A stretch of DNA of 64,000 nucleotides, from assembly GCA_036172245.1 (NCBI GenBank), contig JAYWIR010000084.1:62001-126000 (forward strand), written 5' to 3'. The notes under the pieces are model-generated. The model was given only the letters and a program-made list of their open reading frames with translations, ran no database searches and was not told where the DNA came from. Shown one piece after another: positions 53,001 through 64,000 of the stretch. The position numbers were made by a program, and so were the translations under genes. How positions within the stretch are numbered: position 1 is the first letter of the stretch; each line of letters opens with the position of its first letter. This stretch comes from Raillietiella orientalis (Eukaryota).

Positions 53001-53185
53001 ACTTCATTTCGTCCCAGTCCGCGAGCGTCTGAAGCTGGAATCCTCGCAGGAAGAAGCGTAGATGTTCCGCCGCTCCTGCGAGGCGCAAACAATCTCCTGG
53101 CAGGCGCCACGTTTTCAGGGGAGGGCCTTTATTGCGCGGATGTAACTCTAGCACGAGCCGTGGATGGTCGGACAGCTCTGCCGGC
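50016..53185 (-). mobile_element. L1/Tx1-like element, endonuclease end through RT to 3' end
   Basis: LSDH, KAPGEDG, DLHKAFD, GIRQGDSLSP, AYADDL, CDRCGEKETFPHLLIEC; terminal motif at 50016-50045. Confidence 0.92.
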
Positions 53186-53719
53186 AACGCTAGAGTGCTT
53201 GCGTGCAAAAGCAACGCCGACTCTTGCCACTTGAGGGGCAGGATCCTGGATTCTTTAATCACCGGGAGCCACTTCAGCTCATCCCTGGGGATGGCGAGCA
53301 GCTCGCCCCCTTTTTAATAATGCTCGCGGCTGGACGCTCGGGCTCGTGGCGTCAGCCAGTTCTCCTGTTGTCCAGCCGCTGATCAACTTCTCGCGTCCAT
53401 CGTTGCAGCAAGAGACCTGCCACCTTGGCGTCCGGCTGCTGTGAAGTGCCCTCTTCAGGAAGGGCAGCGCCGTAGCTAGACAGGTCGTCTCTGCCCACGT
53501 GCATCTTGCTGGACTCTCCAGGAGATTCCGCAGCGTGCAGCGGGCGTAGGGGCTGCGTCGGAGACGATTCCACGTCTAGGGGCTTCTCTGGTTAACAACT
53601 GCCCACGTTGCAATATTCTCCTTCAGCGAGGCGGGGGAGTTGGCGGGGCAGCAAACCATCCAGCTGTTCTCCTTGGCCAATGTTGCCATACGCCCGAGCA
53701 TTAGGCCGCATCTTCGCCG

Positions 53720-54970
53720 TCCGTCGCTGAACTCGATCGCGACGGAAACGGCAAAGGGAGGCTCGTCGCCCCGGGGGCAGTCTCGGGAACGGCTATGCGG
53801 TCCAGTGCCACTGTACATTCCCGCATTGTCTTGGAACGCGGCCCAGGTTTCTTCGCCTTGCCGGCAGTCTTTTTGACCGCTTCCGCGGTTTCAGCGGGGG
53901 GCACCTTTTTTTTTTTCCTGGCCTTAACCAGCTGCCAGCCGTCCTATTCTCCCGCGTTTTAGGAAGGTTTTTCTTCCGACGCCTGTGTGGGAGGAAAGGG
54001 GGCTTGCGGCTACTGCCGGCAAGTATCTCTTTTTGGTCTTTCGAACAATTTTCCTCGTTTTTCCTGCGCTTTCTTTGCGGCAGGCGGCACCGGAGTGGGA
54101 TGTTCAGGGCACACACGGCGCACGTGGCCCTTCTCCCCGCATATGTGGCACACAATGTTCGGGCACCGCTTTCGCAAGTGTCCTACTGCATTGCAGGAGC
54201 CACAAAAGCGGGGTTTCCCCACGTACCAGAGGTCTACGATTTCGTCATTGACCTTTAGTTTGTGGGGAAGCCCAATCTCCTTCACCGTCACGCGCGCGGC
54301 GGCATGCCCTCCGAAAAGGCTATCGTAGCCATCGAAGATTGTAACCTTTGGCCATAGCGCGTGAACATCGCCATATTTTCTTAACTGATCACCAACCGCA
54401 GACCGCGTCATGCGGCTAGTGATCCGTGTCAGATGGACCACTACAAAGCGGTCCATCGTGACGGGTGGGATCTTGCGTCCGTCCACATTCAGCGAAGTAG
54501 TAATCAAGCTTAGTTCCAAGGTGATGTCCTTGCAGACAACCTCGACGCGCTGACCCCCGCTGAGCACAGATAGACCGTCAAGATCCTTCTCTAACACGTT
54601 GTCGTTCTGCAGCGCCTTCCAAGAAGCGCGTCCAGTTCGCCCGTCAATGAGATTGCCTACCTAGTACATGAGGTTGGGCTTGTATCCACCTGCCCGGTAG
54701 GCCGCCATCTCGGCCATGGTTTCCGCGCTCGGCGCGGCCATCATGGCGCCCCAGCTCCTCGCTTTGGGCGGCGAGGGTGATTCCGGGGCCGACGCTCCTG
54801 ATTCTGTAGGCTGTGGGGGTGGGCGAACCTCGTCTACACCTACCTCCATCGTGGTGTCCTCAGGCATCGCTGACATCGGACACCAACGATGTTGCACACA
54901 AAAACACACAGAGAAAAAACCACTTCGTGTCGACTCGCTCTGGAGCTCAGGAAAACACGTCCACTCGATA
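53720..54970 (-). mobile_element. L1/Tx1-like 5' UTR and ORF1 (family of 13850-15200)
   Basis: GGACGTGTTTT at 54952-54962; CGSCNAVGHLRKRC and CHICGEKGHVRRVC. Confidence 0.9.
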
Positions 54971-54982
54971 AGGAATTCGGCG

Positions 54983-57900
54983 TTGTCACCCGGGTACGCC
55001 CGGGACGTTTATTTGTAAACTCTACATGCGTGGTACGAGGCCCCACAACGGCCATAAACACGCAACCTGTCGGGATACCGGGACGCAGCCCGCCGTGGTA
55101 CTCCCCGACAGCGAAGAAGGATGGGGATAAGACAAAAAGAAAAAGAAAAAGAAACAAACAAAAAGAAGTTGAAGGGCGAAGAAGGGATCACTGGTTACTG
55201 TGGAGAGGGCCCATCCGTAGAACGAAGCCCTCGAGGTCAGTCTGTATATTTCTTAGTAGGGGCCATCCAACAGCTCTTCGCAAGAAGCGTTGGGCATACG
55301 GGATCACATCCCTCGCCTGTGGACCCACTCCTTCGTTGTTGGCGTCGCTCCATGTCGCCACGATGCCACGCACGCACCACAAGGCTGCAATGGCTGCGGC
55401 TGGCTGCAGTGCGTCCTTCACGAAGAGGGGCCGAAAAATGTCTCTGAAGGTGCTGCCGGTAGGGAGCCCGAGGGTCGTCCAGAACCGTTTCCAAAGGGGT
55501 CGGAGGGCAGCACAATCCACAATAAGTTGGGAAAGCGACTTCCGCTCCCCGTACCTGGCACACGCAGGATCCACAGCTCCGCTCGTCCAGTGGAAGCGGC
55601 GCGCGTTGCAGTGTAGACCCCAGTGCAACAAAAGCAACGCCGACTCTTGCCACTTGAGGGGCAGGATCCTGGATTCTTTCATCACCGGGGGCCACTTCAG
55701 CTCATCCCTGGGGATGGCGAGCAGCTCGCCCCCTTTTTAATAATGCTCGCGGCTGGACGCTCGGGCTCGTGGCGTCAGCCAGTTCGACTGTTGTCCAGCC
55801 GCTGATCAACTTCTCGCGTCCATCGTTGCAGCAAGAGACTTGCCACCTTGGCGTCCGGCTGCTGTGAAGTGCCCTCTTCAGGAAGGGCAGCGCCGTAGCT
55901 AGACAGGTCGTCTCTGCCCACGTGCATCTTGCTGGACTCTCCAGGAGATTCCGCAGCGTGCAGCGGGCGAAAGGGCTGCATCGGAGACGATTCCACGTCT
56001 CGTGGCTTGTCTGGTTAACCACTGCCCACGTTCCAATATTTTCCTCCAGCCAGGCGGGGGAGTTGGCGGGGCAGCAAACCATCCAGCTGTTCTCCTTGGC
56101 CAATGTTGCCATGCGCCCGAGCAGTAGGCCGCATCTTCGCATCTTCCGGCCACGGCTGAGAAGAAAAGACGCGAGTCCATCGCACCGGGACACACGGCTG
56201 ACCAGGAGGCGGGCCGGAGTGCACCAAGGGGTGCACCACATCTTCGCTGCGATGGCAAGGGTTCGCCACCGCAGCTGCTTCTCCAGTCGCTCCAGAGTCA
56301 GGAGGCCAAGACCTGCGTCCTGACGCGGAGCGCACAAGTCCTTCAGTGAGACTCGGGGCCTCCCATTTCCCCAAAGGGCGATACGGAGGAGGGCCTTCGT
56401 CCTTTTCTTGGATTCCACGGTGGGAGGGCAAACAAAAAGCAAATGGTGGAGGATAGTGCCGCGAAGGCGTTCTAAACCGCGGCCCGTTCTGGCAAGTTAA
56501 ACTTGCCTTCCAGGAACGGGCCGATCGCCGTCTCGACTTTTTGGAGGCAGCTGGACCACGCTTCCGCAGGGGAGTAGTCCCCCAACGGCACACCAAGGCA
56601 CTTGAAGCACCTCGCCGTGGGGATCCCCAGACGGACCCAGTCCTGCTGCCCTGCCCACGCCGCACCTATTGGCACAACCGACGACTTCGCCCTGTTAACC
56701 TGCAGGCCGGTCCCGCGGCTGAGCAGATCGAAGAAGTCTCCGACCGCCTTTGCCGGGGTGGACATTGGCAACAAAAGCAGAAGATCGTCGGCGTACGCTG
56801 CTACGGCGAGAGTGCCGGGGCACGAGCTCGGCAATGGGACCAAAGTCACCCTGTACGCTCTCAGCACCAACTCAAAGTAGGTGCTGAAGAGCAGGGGGCT
56901 GAGGCTATCTCCATGCCTTATGCCCAGCCGCACCGGCACGCCATAAACCTTATGACCACTGAAAGAGACGGTAATCATCGCATTCCGCCAGCAAGAGCGC
57001 AGGTAGGAAATCAGGGAGGGTGGGAAGCCCATGTGACCCAGGAGCTCCAAGAGAAGATCCTGGTCTACACAGTAGAACGCCTAGTGCTCTCCAGGGTGGA
57101 CGTATTTTCTCGGTGCTCCTCGTGCCAGGAAGTCTTCCCCAGTGCAAGCGTCGTGTGGTTCGGTGGACGATCAGGCAGCGATGCATGACGCGACCACCAG
57201 GAATGGCCAGGGGGCAGCGTCAACGCCGCCCCCAAAGGCGATGGAGAGCCAGGGGGCGGCGGCAACGTCGCCCCCAGAGGCGATGGAGGTGGGGGCATCC
57301 GCCCCCACAGAATCGGTCCCCGCTGCAGCGCGGGCGTGGAGCGCCGTTGTGTCGGCGGCATCGCCTGCAGCCGCGGCGGAATTGTCGGCCTATGTAGAGG
57401 AGGGGTACAACCCCTCATTGTTCTACAAGGTAGGCAATTTGTATTCTTTGGAGAGCGCGCGCGCCTTCTTGAAGGGCATACGCGCTCTCGATGTGAAAGA
57501 GGAGCTCAGCGCTATGACCATCCGCAGCGGGGTTTAGTACGTTGAGGTCCTCTGCAAACATGCAGAGCTGGCCCAACGACTGCTTAGAACCCCCGTTGTG
57601 ATGGAGACACGCAGGCTCCTCCCCACTACGGCGGATCGCATCATGGTGGTCCACCTGTTAGGTGTCACCGCGCGAATGCGCAAAGAACAGGGTCGCGCCG
57701 CTTTGGAACAGGTCGGAACGGTCCACGCGCAGTGGACGGAAGTAAGTCCTTCCGAGGACTACACGGGGCTGCAGCACGGCCTCACTGCTGCGCGCGTGAC
57801 CGTTCGGGAAGGCTGCACTTTTCCCCACAAACTGGTGGTCGAAGGCGAAACCGTCGACCTCTGGTATGTGGGGAAGCCGAAATACTGTGGCTTCTGCAAT

Positions 57901-60900
57901 ACGTCGGACCACCGCAAAAAGAGGTGTCCCAATGTGCAGTGCCAAGTATGCGGCACAATGGGCCACACGAGGGAGGTGTGCCCCAAAGCAGCAGCGCGGG
58001 TGGTTTCCAAGAGAAAACCTTAAAAACGCGCCCGGCTTCTGCAGAAAAGGCTGGCGGCGAAAGCTCTCGCGAAGGCTGTGCCACCCGCGCCCAAGACCCA
58101 GGCCGCACCCGATACCCCGGCGACCAACGCCGAAAAAGTTGAGGGAGCCGGCCAGGAGACTGGGTGGCAAGTGGCAACGGCCAAAAAATCAAAGAAGGAG
58201 AGGAGGATGGAAAAGAAAATCGCCTACCAACAGAAGAAGAAAGAGCAGGGTAGCGCGATAATTAAAGACTGCAGCGTCGTTGTCGAACGCGTAATCGATG
58301 TTGCCGAACGCTGCCGGAAAGAACTAGCCGCTACCGACGACCTCTTCTCTGTTGACACAGTCAACAGCGAGGGGAGAGAGCCGGCGGCGGCGTCCGTCAT
58401 CGACACCACCATCGATGAAGTAGCCTTCGCGCGAGCCGCAGAGAAGCTGGCAGCTTCGTTGCAGCCAGAACCCTCCAAGGCTGGCAAGAAGGCCGTAAGG
58501 CGTCCGGCCTCCCCTCAGGAGTCCCCCACTTCCGACCCCAAGGTAGAGGCCGGAAGCGCAGCCTCCGTTTGCACGGCACCGCGCAAGAAGGCTGGACGTA
58601 AGTCCACAAAGCCAAGGAAGCTCGTCTCCCCCGTCGTTATCACCCGGGTACGCCCGGGGTGTTTATTAATGAACTTTACATGCGTGGTACAAGGTCCCAC
58701 CACGGCCGTAAACACAGGACCTGTCGGGACACCGGGACGCAGCCCTGCATGGCACTCCCCGACAGCGAAGAAGGATGGGGATAAGACAAAAAGAAAAAGA
58801 AAAAGAAACAAACAAAAAGAAGTTGGAGGGCAGGGAAGGGATCACTGTTCGCTGTGGAGAGGGACCATCCGTCGAACGAAGCCCTCGAGGTCAGTCTGCA
58901 TATTCCCCAGTTGGGGCCATCCGGCAGCTCTTCGCAAGAAGCGTTGGGCATACGGGATGACATCCCTCGCCTGTGGACCCACTCCTTCGTTGTTGGCGTC
59001 GCTTCATGCCGTCACGATGCCACGGACGCAGCACAAGGCTGCGATGGCTGCGGCTGGCTGCAGTGCGTCCTTCACGAAGAGGGCCCGAAAGACGTCTCTG
59101 GGGGTGCTGCCTGTAGGGAGCCCGAGGGAAGTCCCGAACCGTTCCCAAAGGGATCGGAGGGCAGCACAATCCACAATAAGGTGGGGGAGTGACTCCCGCT
59201 CCCCACACCAGGCACACGCAGGAACCACAGCTCCCCTCGTCCAGTGGAAGCGGCGCGCGTTGCAGAGTAGACCCCAGTGCAACAAAAGCAACGCCGACTC
59301 TTGCCACTTAAGGGGCAGGATCCTGGATTCCTTCATCACAGACGGCCACTTCAGCTCATCCCTGGGGATGGCGAGCAGCTCGCCCCATCTTAATAATCCT
59401 CGCGGCTCGACGCTCGGGGTCGTGGCATCAGCCAGTTCTCCTGTTGTCCAGCCGCTGATCAACTTCTCGCGTCCCTCGATGCAGCAGGAGACTTGCCACC
59501 TTGGCGTCCGGCTGCTGTGAAGTGCCCTCCTCAGGAAGGGCAGCGCCGTAGCTAGGCAGGTCGTCTCTGCCCACGTGCATCTTGCTGGACTCTCCAGGAG
59601 ATTCCGCAGCGTGCAGCGGGCGTAGGGGCTGCATCGGAGACGATTCCACGTCTCGTGGCTTGTCTGGTTAACCACTTCTCACGTTCCAATATTGTCCTCC
59701 AGCCAGGCGGGGGAGTTGGCGGGGCAGCAAACCATCCAGCTGTTCTCCTTGGCCAATGTTGCCATGCGCCCGAGCAGTAGGCCGCATCTTCGCATCTTCC
59801 GGCCACGGCTGAGAAGAAAAGACGCGAGTCCATCGCACCAGGACACACGGCTGGCCAGGAGGCGGGCTGGAGTGCACCAAGGGGTGCACCACATCTTCGC
59901 TGCGATGGCGAGGGTTCGCCACCGCAGCTGCTTCTCACGCGCTCCAGCGTCAGGAGGCCAAGACCGCCGTCCCGCGCGGAGCGCACAAGTCCTTCAGAGG
60001 GACTCGGGGCCTCCCCTTGCCCCAAAGGGCGATACGGAGGAGGTCCTTTGTCCTCTTCTTTGTTTCCACGGTGGGGGGGCAAACAAAAAGCAAGGGGCAG
60101 AGGATGGGGGCCGCGAAAGCGTTCCAAACCGCGGCCCGTTCCTGCAAGTGGAACTTGCCTTCCAGGAACGGGCCGATCGCCGTCTCGACTTTTTGAAGGC
60201 AGCTGGACCACGCTTCCGCAGAGGAGTGTTCCCCCAACGGCACACCAAGGTACTTGAAGCACCTCGCCGTGGGGATCCCCAGACGGAACCAGTCCTGCTG
60301 CCCTGCCCACGCGGCACCTATTGGCACAACCGACGACTTCGCCCTGTTAACCTGCAGTCCGGTCCTGCGGCTGAGCAGATCGAAGAAGTCTCCAACCGCG
60401 TTTGCCGGGGTGGACATTGGCAACAAGAGCAGAAGATCGTCGGCGTACGCTGCTACGGCGGGCGTGCCGGGGCACAGGCTCGGCAATGGGGCCAAAGTCA
60501 CCCTTCACGCTCTCAGCACCAACTCAAAGTAGGTGCTGAAGAGCAGGGGGCTGAGGCTATCTCCATGCCTTATGCCCAGCCGCACCGGCACGCCATACAC
60601 CTTGTGACCACTGAAAGAGACGGTAATCATCGCATTCCGCCAGCAAGAGCGCAGGTAGGAAATCAGGGAGGGTGGGAAGCCCATGTGACCCAGGAGCTCC
60701 AAGAGAAGATCCTGGTCTACACAGTCGAACGCCTAGTGCGCTCCAGGGTGGACGTATTTTCTCGGTGCTCCTCGTGCCATGAAGTCTTCCCCAGTGCAAG
60801 CGTCGTGTGGTTCGGTGGTCGATCAGGCAGCGATGCCTGACGCGACCACCAGGAATGGCCAGGGGGCAGCGTCAACGCCGCCCCCAAAGGCGATGGAGAG

Positions 60901-63900
60901 CCAGGGGGCGGCGGCAACGTCGCCCCCAGAGGCGATGGAGGTGGGGGCATCCGCCCCCACAGAATCGGTCCCCGCTGCAGCGCGGGCGTGGAGCGCCGTT
61001 GTGTCGGCGCCATCGCCTGCAGCCGCGGCGGAATTGTCGGCCTATGTAGAGGAGGGGTACAACCCCTCATTGTTCTACAAGGTAGGCAATTTATATTCTT
61101 TAGAGAGCGCGCGCGCCTTCTCGAAGGGCATGCGCGCTCTCGATGTGAAAGAGGAGGAGCTCAGCGCTATGACCATCCGCAGCGGGGGTCAGTACGTTGA
61201 GGTCATCTGCAAACATGCAGAGCTGGCCCAACGACTGCTTAAAACCCCCGTTGTGATGGCGACACGCAGGCTCCTCCCCACTACGGCGGATCGCAGCATG
61301 GTGGTCCACCTGTTAGGCGTCACCGCGCGAATGCGCAAAGAACAGGTTCGCGCCGCTTTGGAACAGTTCGGAACGGTCCACGCGCAGTGGACGAAAGTAA
61401 GTCCTTTCGAGGACTACACGGGGCTGCAACACGGCCTCACTGCTGCGCGCGTGACCGTTCGGGAGGGCTGCACTCTTCCCCACAAACTGGTGGTCGAAGG
61501 CGAAACCGTCGACCTCTGGTATGTGGGGAAGCCGAAATACTGTGGCTTCTGCAATACGTCGGACCACCGCAAAAAGAGGTGTCCCAATGTGCAGTGCCAA
61601 GTATGCGGCACAATGGGCCACACGAGGGAGGTGTGCCCAAAAGCAGCAGCGCGGGTGGTTTCCAAGAGAAAACCTTAAAAACGCGCCCGGCTTCTGCAGA
61701 AAAGGCTGGCGGCGAAAGCTCTCGCGAAGGCTGTGCCACCCGCGCCCAAGACCCAGGCCGCACCCGAGACCCCGGCGACCAACGCCGAAAAAGTTGAGGG
61801 AGCCGGCCAGGAGACTGGGTGGCAAGTGGCAACGGCCAAAAAATCAAAGAAAGAGAGGAGGATGGAAAGGAAAATCGCCTACCAACAGAAGAAGAAAGAG
61901 CAGGGTAGCGCGATAATTAAAGACTGCAGCGTCGTTGTCAAACGCGTAATCGATGTTGCCGAACGCTGCCGGAAAGAACTAGCCGCTACCGACGACCTCT
62001 TCTCTGTTGACACAGTCAACAGCGAGGGGAGCGAGCCGGCGGCGGCGTCCGTCATCGACACCACCATCGATGAAGTAGCCTTCGCGCGAGCCGCAGAGAA
62101 GCTGGCAGCTTCGTTGCAGCCAGAACCCTCCAAGGCTGGCAAGAAGGCCGTAAGGCGTCCGGCCTCCCCTCAGGAGTCCCCCACTTCCGACCCCAAGGTG
62201 GAGGCCGGAAGCGCAGCCTCCGTTTGCACGGCACCGCGCAAGAAGGCTGGACGTAAGTCCACAAAGCCAAGGAAGCTCGTCTCCCCCGTCGTTATCACCC
62301 GGGTACGCCCGGGGTGTTTATTAATGAACTTTACATGCGTGGTACAAGGTCCCACCACGGCCGTAAACACAGGACCTGTCGGGACACCGGGACGCAGCCC
62401 TGCATGGCACTCCCCGACAGCGAAGAAGGATGGGGATAAGACAAAAAGAAAAAGAAAAAGAAACAAACAAAAAGAAGTTGGAGGGCAGGGAAGGGATCAC
62501 TGTTCGCTGTGGAGAGGGACCATCCGTCGAACGAAGCCCTCGAGGTCAGTCTGCATATTCCCCAGTTGGGGCCATCCGGCAGCTCTTCGCAAGAAGCGTT
62601 GGGCATACGGGATGACATCCCTCGCCTGTGGACCCACTCCTTCGTTGTTGGCGTCGCTCCATGCCGCCACGATGCCACGGACGCAGCACAAGGCTGCGAT
62701 GGCTGCGGCTGGCTGCAGTGCGTCCTTCACGAAGAGGGGCCGAAGAACGTCTCTGGGGGTGCTGCCCGTAGGGAGCCCGAGGGTCGTCCCGAACCGTTCC
62801 CAAAGGGGTCGGAGGGCAACACAATCCACAATAAGGTGGGGAAGCGACTCCCGCTCCCCGCACCTGGCACACGCAGGATCCACAGCTCCCCTCGTCCAGT
62901 GGAAGCGGCGCGCGTTGCAGGGTAGACCCCAGTGCAACAAAAGCAACGCCGACTCTTGCCACTTGAGGGGCAGGATCCTGGATTCTTTCATCACCGGGGG
63001 CCACTTCAGCTCATCCCTGGGGATGGCGAGCAGCTCGCCCCCTTTTTAATAATGCTCGCGGCTGGACGCTCGGGCTCGTGGCGTCAGCCAGTTCTCCTGT
63101 TGTCCAGCCGCTGATCAACTTCTCGCGTCCATCGTTGCAGCAAGAGACTTGCCACCTTGGCGTCCGGCTGCTGTGATGTGCCCTCTTCAGGAAGGGCAGC
63201 GCCGTAGCTAGACAGGTCGTCTCTGCCCACGTGCATCTTGCTGGACTCTCCAGGAGATTCCGCAGCGTGCAGCGGGCGTAGGGGCTGTATCGGAGACGAT
63301 TCCACGTCTCGTGGCTTGTCTGGTTAACCACTTCTCACGTTCCAATATTTTCCTCCAGCCAGGCGGGGGAGTTGGCGGGGCAGCAAACCATCCAGCTGTT
63401 CTCCTTGGCCAATGTTGCCATGCGCCCGAGCAGTAGGCCGCATCTTCGCATCTTCCGGCCACGGCTGAGAAGAAAAGACGCGAGTCCATCGCACCAGGAC
63501 ACACGGCTGGCCAGGAGGCGGGCTGGAGTGCACCAAGGGGTGCACCACATCTTCGCTGCGATGGCGAGGGTTCGCCACCGCAGCTGCTTCTCACGCGCTC
63601 CAGCGTCAGGAGGCCAAGACCGCCGTCCCGACGCGGAGCGCACAAGTCCTTCAGAGGCACTCGGGGCCTACCCTTGCCCCAAAGGGCGATACGGAGGAGG
63701 TCCTCTGTCCTCTTCTTTGTTTCCACGGTGGGGAGGCAAACAAAAAGCAAGGGGCAGAGGATGGGGGCCGCGAAAACGTTCCAAACCGCGGCCCATTCCT
63801 GCAAGTGGAACTTGCCTTCCAGGAACGGGCCCATCGCCGTCTCGTCTTTTTGAAGGCAGCTGGACCACGCTTCCGCAGGGGAGTATTCCCCCAACGGCAC

Positions 63901-64000
63901 ACCAAGGTACTTGAAGCACCTCGCCGTGGAAATCCCCAGACGGAACCAGTCCTGCTGCCCTGCCCACGCGGCACCTATTGGCACAACCGACGACTTCGCC
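54983..64000. repeat. Tandem array, about 2.5 units of 3654-3655 bp (minus-strand RT/3' half plus plus-strand 5'/ORF1 half)
   Basis: Units start at 54983, 58637 and 62292. The same chimeric junctions recur at 57082/60734 and 58636/62291. Confidence 0.93.
60833..61678 (+). CDS. ORF1 N-terminal part of a P-family element (RRM-like region plus two knuckles)
   Basis: MPDATTRNGQG..., GYNPSLFYKVG, CGFCNTSDHRKKRC, CQVCGTMGHTREVC. Continues in the -1 frame. Confidence 0.8.
   Translation: MPDATTRNGQGAASTPPPKAMESQGAAATSPPEAMEVGASAPTESVPAAARAWSAVVSAPSPAAAAELSAYVEEGYNPSLFYKVGNLYSLESARAFSKGMRALDVKEEELSAMTIRSGGQYVEVICKHAELAQRLLKTPVVMATRRLLPTTADRSMVVHLLGVTARMRKEQVRAALEQFGTVHAQWTKVSPFEDYTGLQHGLTAARVTVREGCTLPHKLVVEGETVDLWYVGKPKYCGFCNTSDHRKKRCPNVQCQVCGTMGHTREVCPKAAARVVSKRKP

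Noticed and set aside
58078..59520. 480-aa ORF (and the 438-aa copy at 61733-63049) as a novel protein
   Set aside because: It is an ORF1 C-terminus reading through an insertion junction into the antisense strand of another element's ORF2.
13810..62325. Recurring CCCGG..CCGGG hairpins as CRISPR repeats or bacterial terminators
   Set aside because: Spacing is irregular at kb scale, both strands are used, no cas genes are present, the context is eukaryotic, and the hairpins always sit at element 3' ends.
10800..64000. Hundreds of short overlapping ORFs
   Set aside because: They are shadow frames of GC-rich retroelement coding sequence.

Overview
Eukaryotic, repeat-saturated DNA with no intact host gene. 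Positions 1-10.8 kb are an AT-richer zone of decayed sequence. It holds a Vps34/PIK3C3 pseudogene with 42-45 nt introns, an MCM2 N-terminal fragment, pieces of a NeSL/Utopia-like non-LTR element and unassigned coding relics. From about 10.8 kb to the end, the window is a GC-rich nested array of 25 or more copies and fragments of related L1/Tx1-clade non-LTR retrotransposons. ORF1 has an RRM-like region and two CCHC knuckles; ORF2 has an APE endonuclease, RT and a C-terminal zinc finger. The junctions are strikingly non-random. The elements end in AATAAA, a CCCGG..CCGGG hairpin and TRANAA, with no poly(A) tail. They start near a GGACGTG(T/C)TTT motif and couple ORF1 to ORF2 with TAATG/TGATG. 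They insert almost always antisense into each other, usually right after a CpG. One family lands repeatedly in the K-A-F-D codons of the RT gene of sister families. Embedded in the array is an endogenous CRESS-DNA virus (cap, perfect ori stem-loop with CAGTATTAC, rep). The window ends in about 2.5 copies of a 3.65 kb tandem unit. Family assignments are from motif recognition and all counts were made by hand; no database search was possible.
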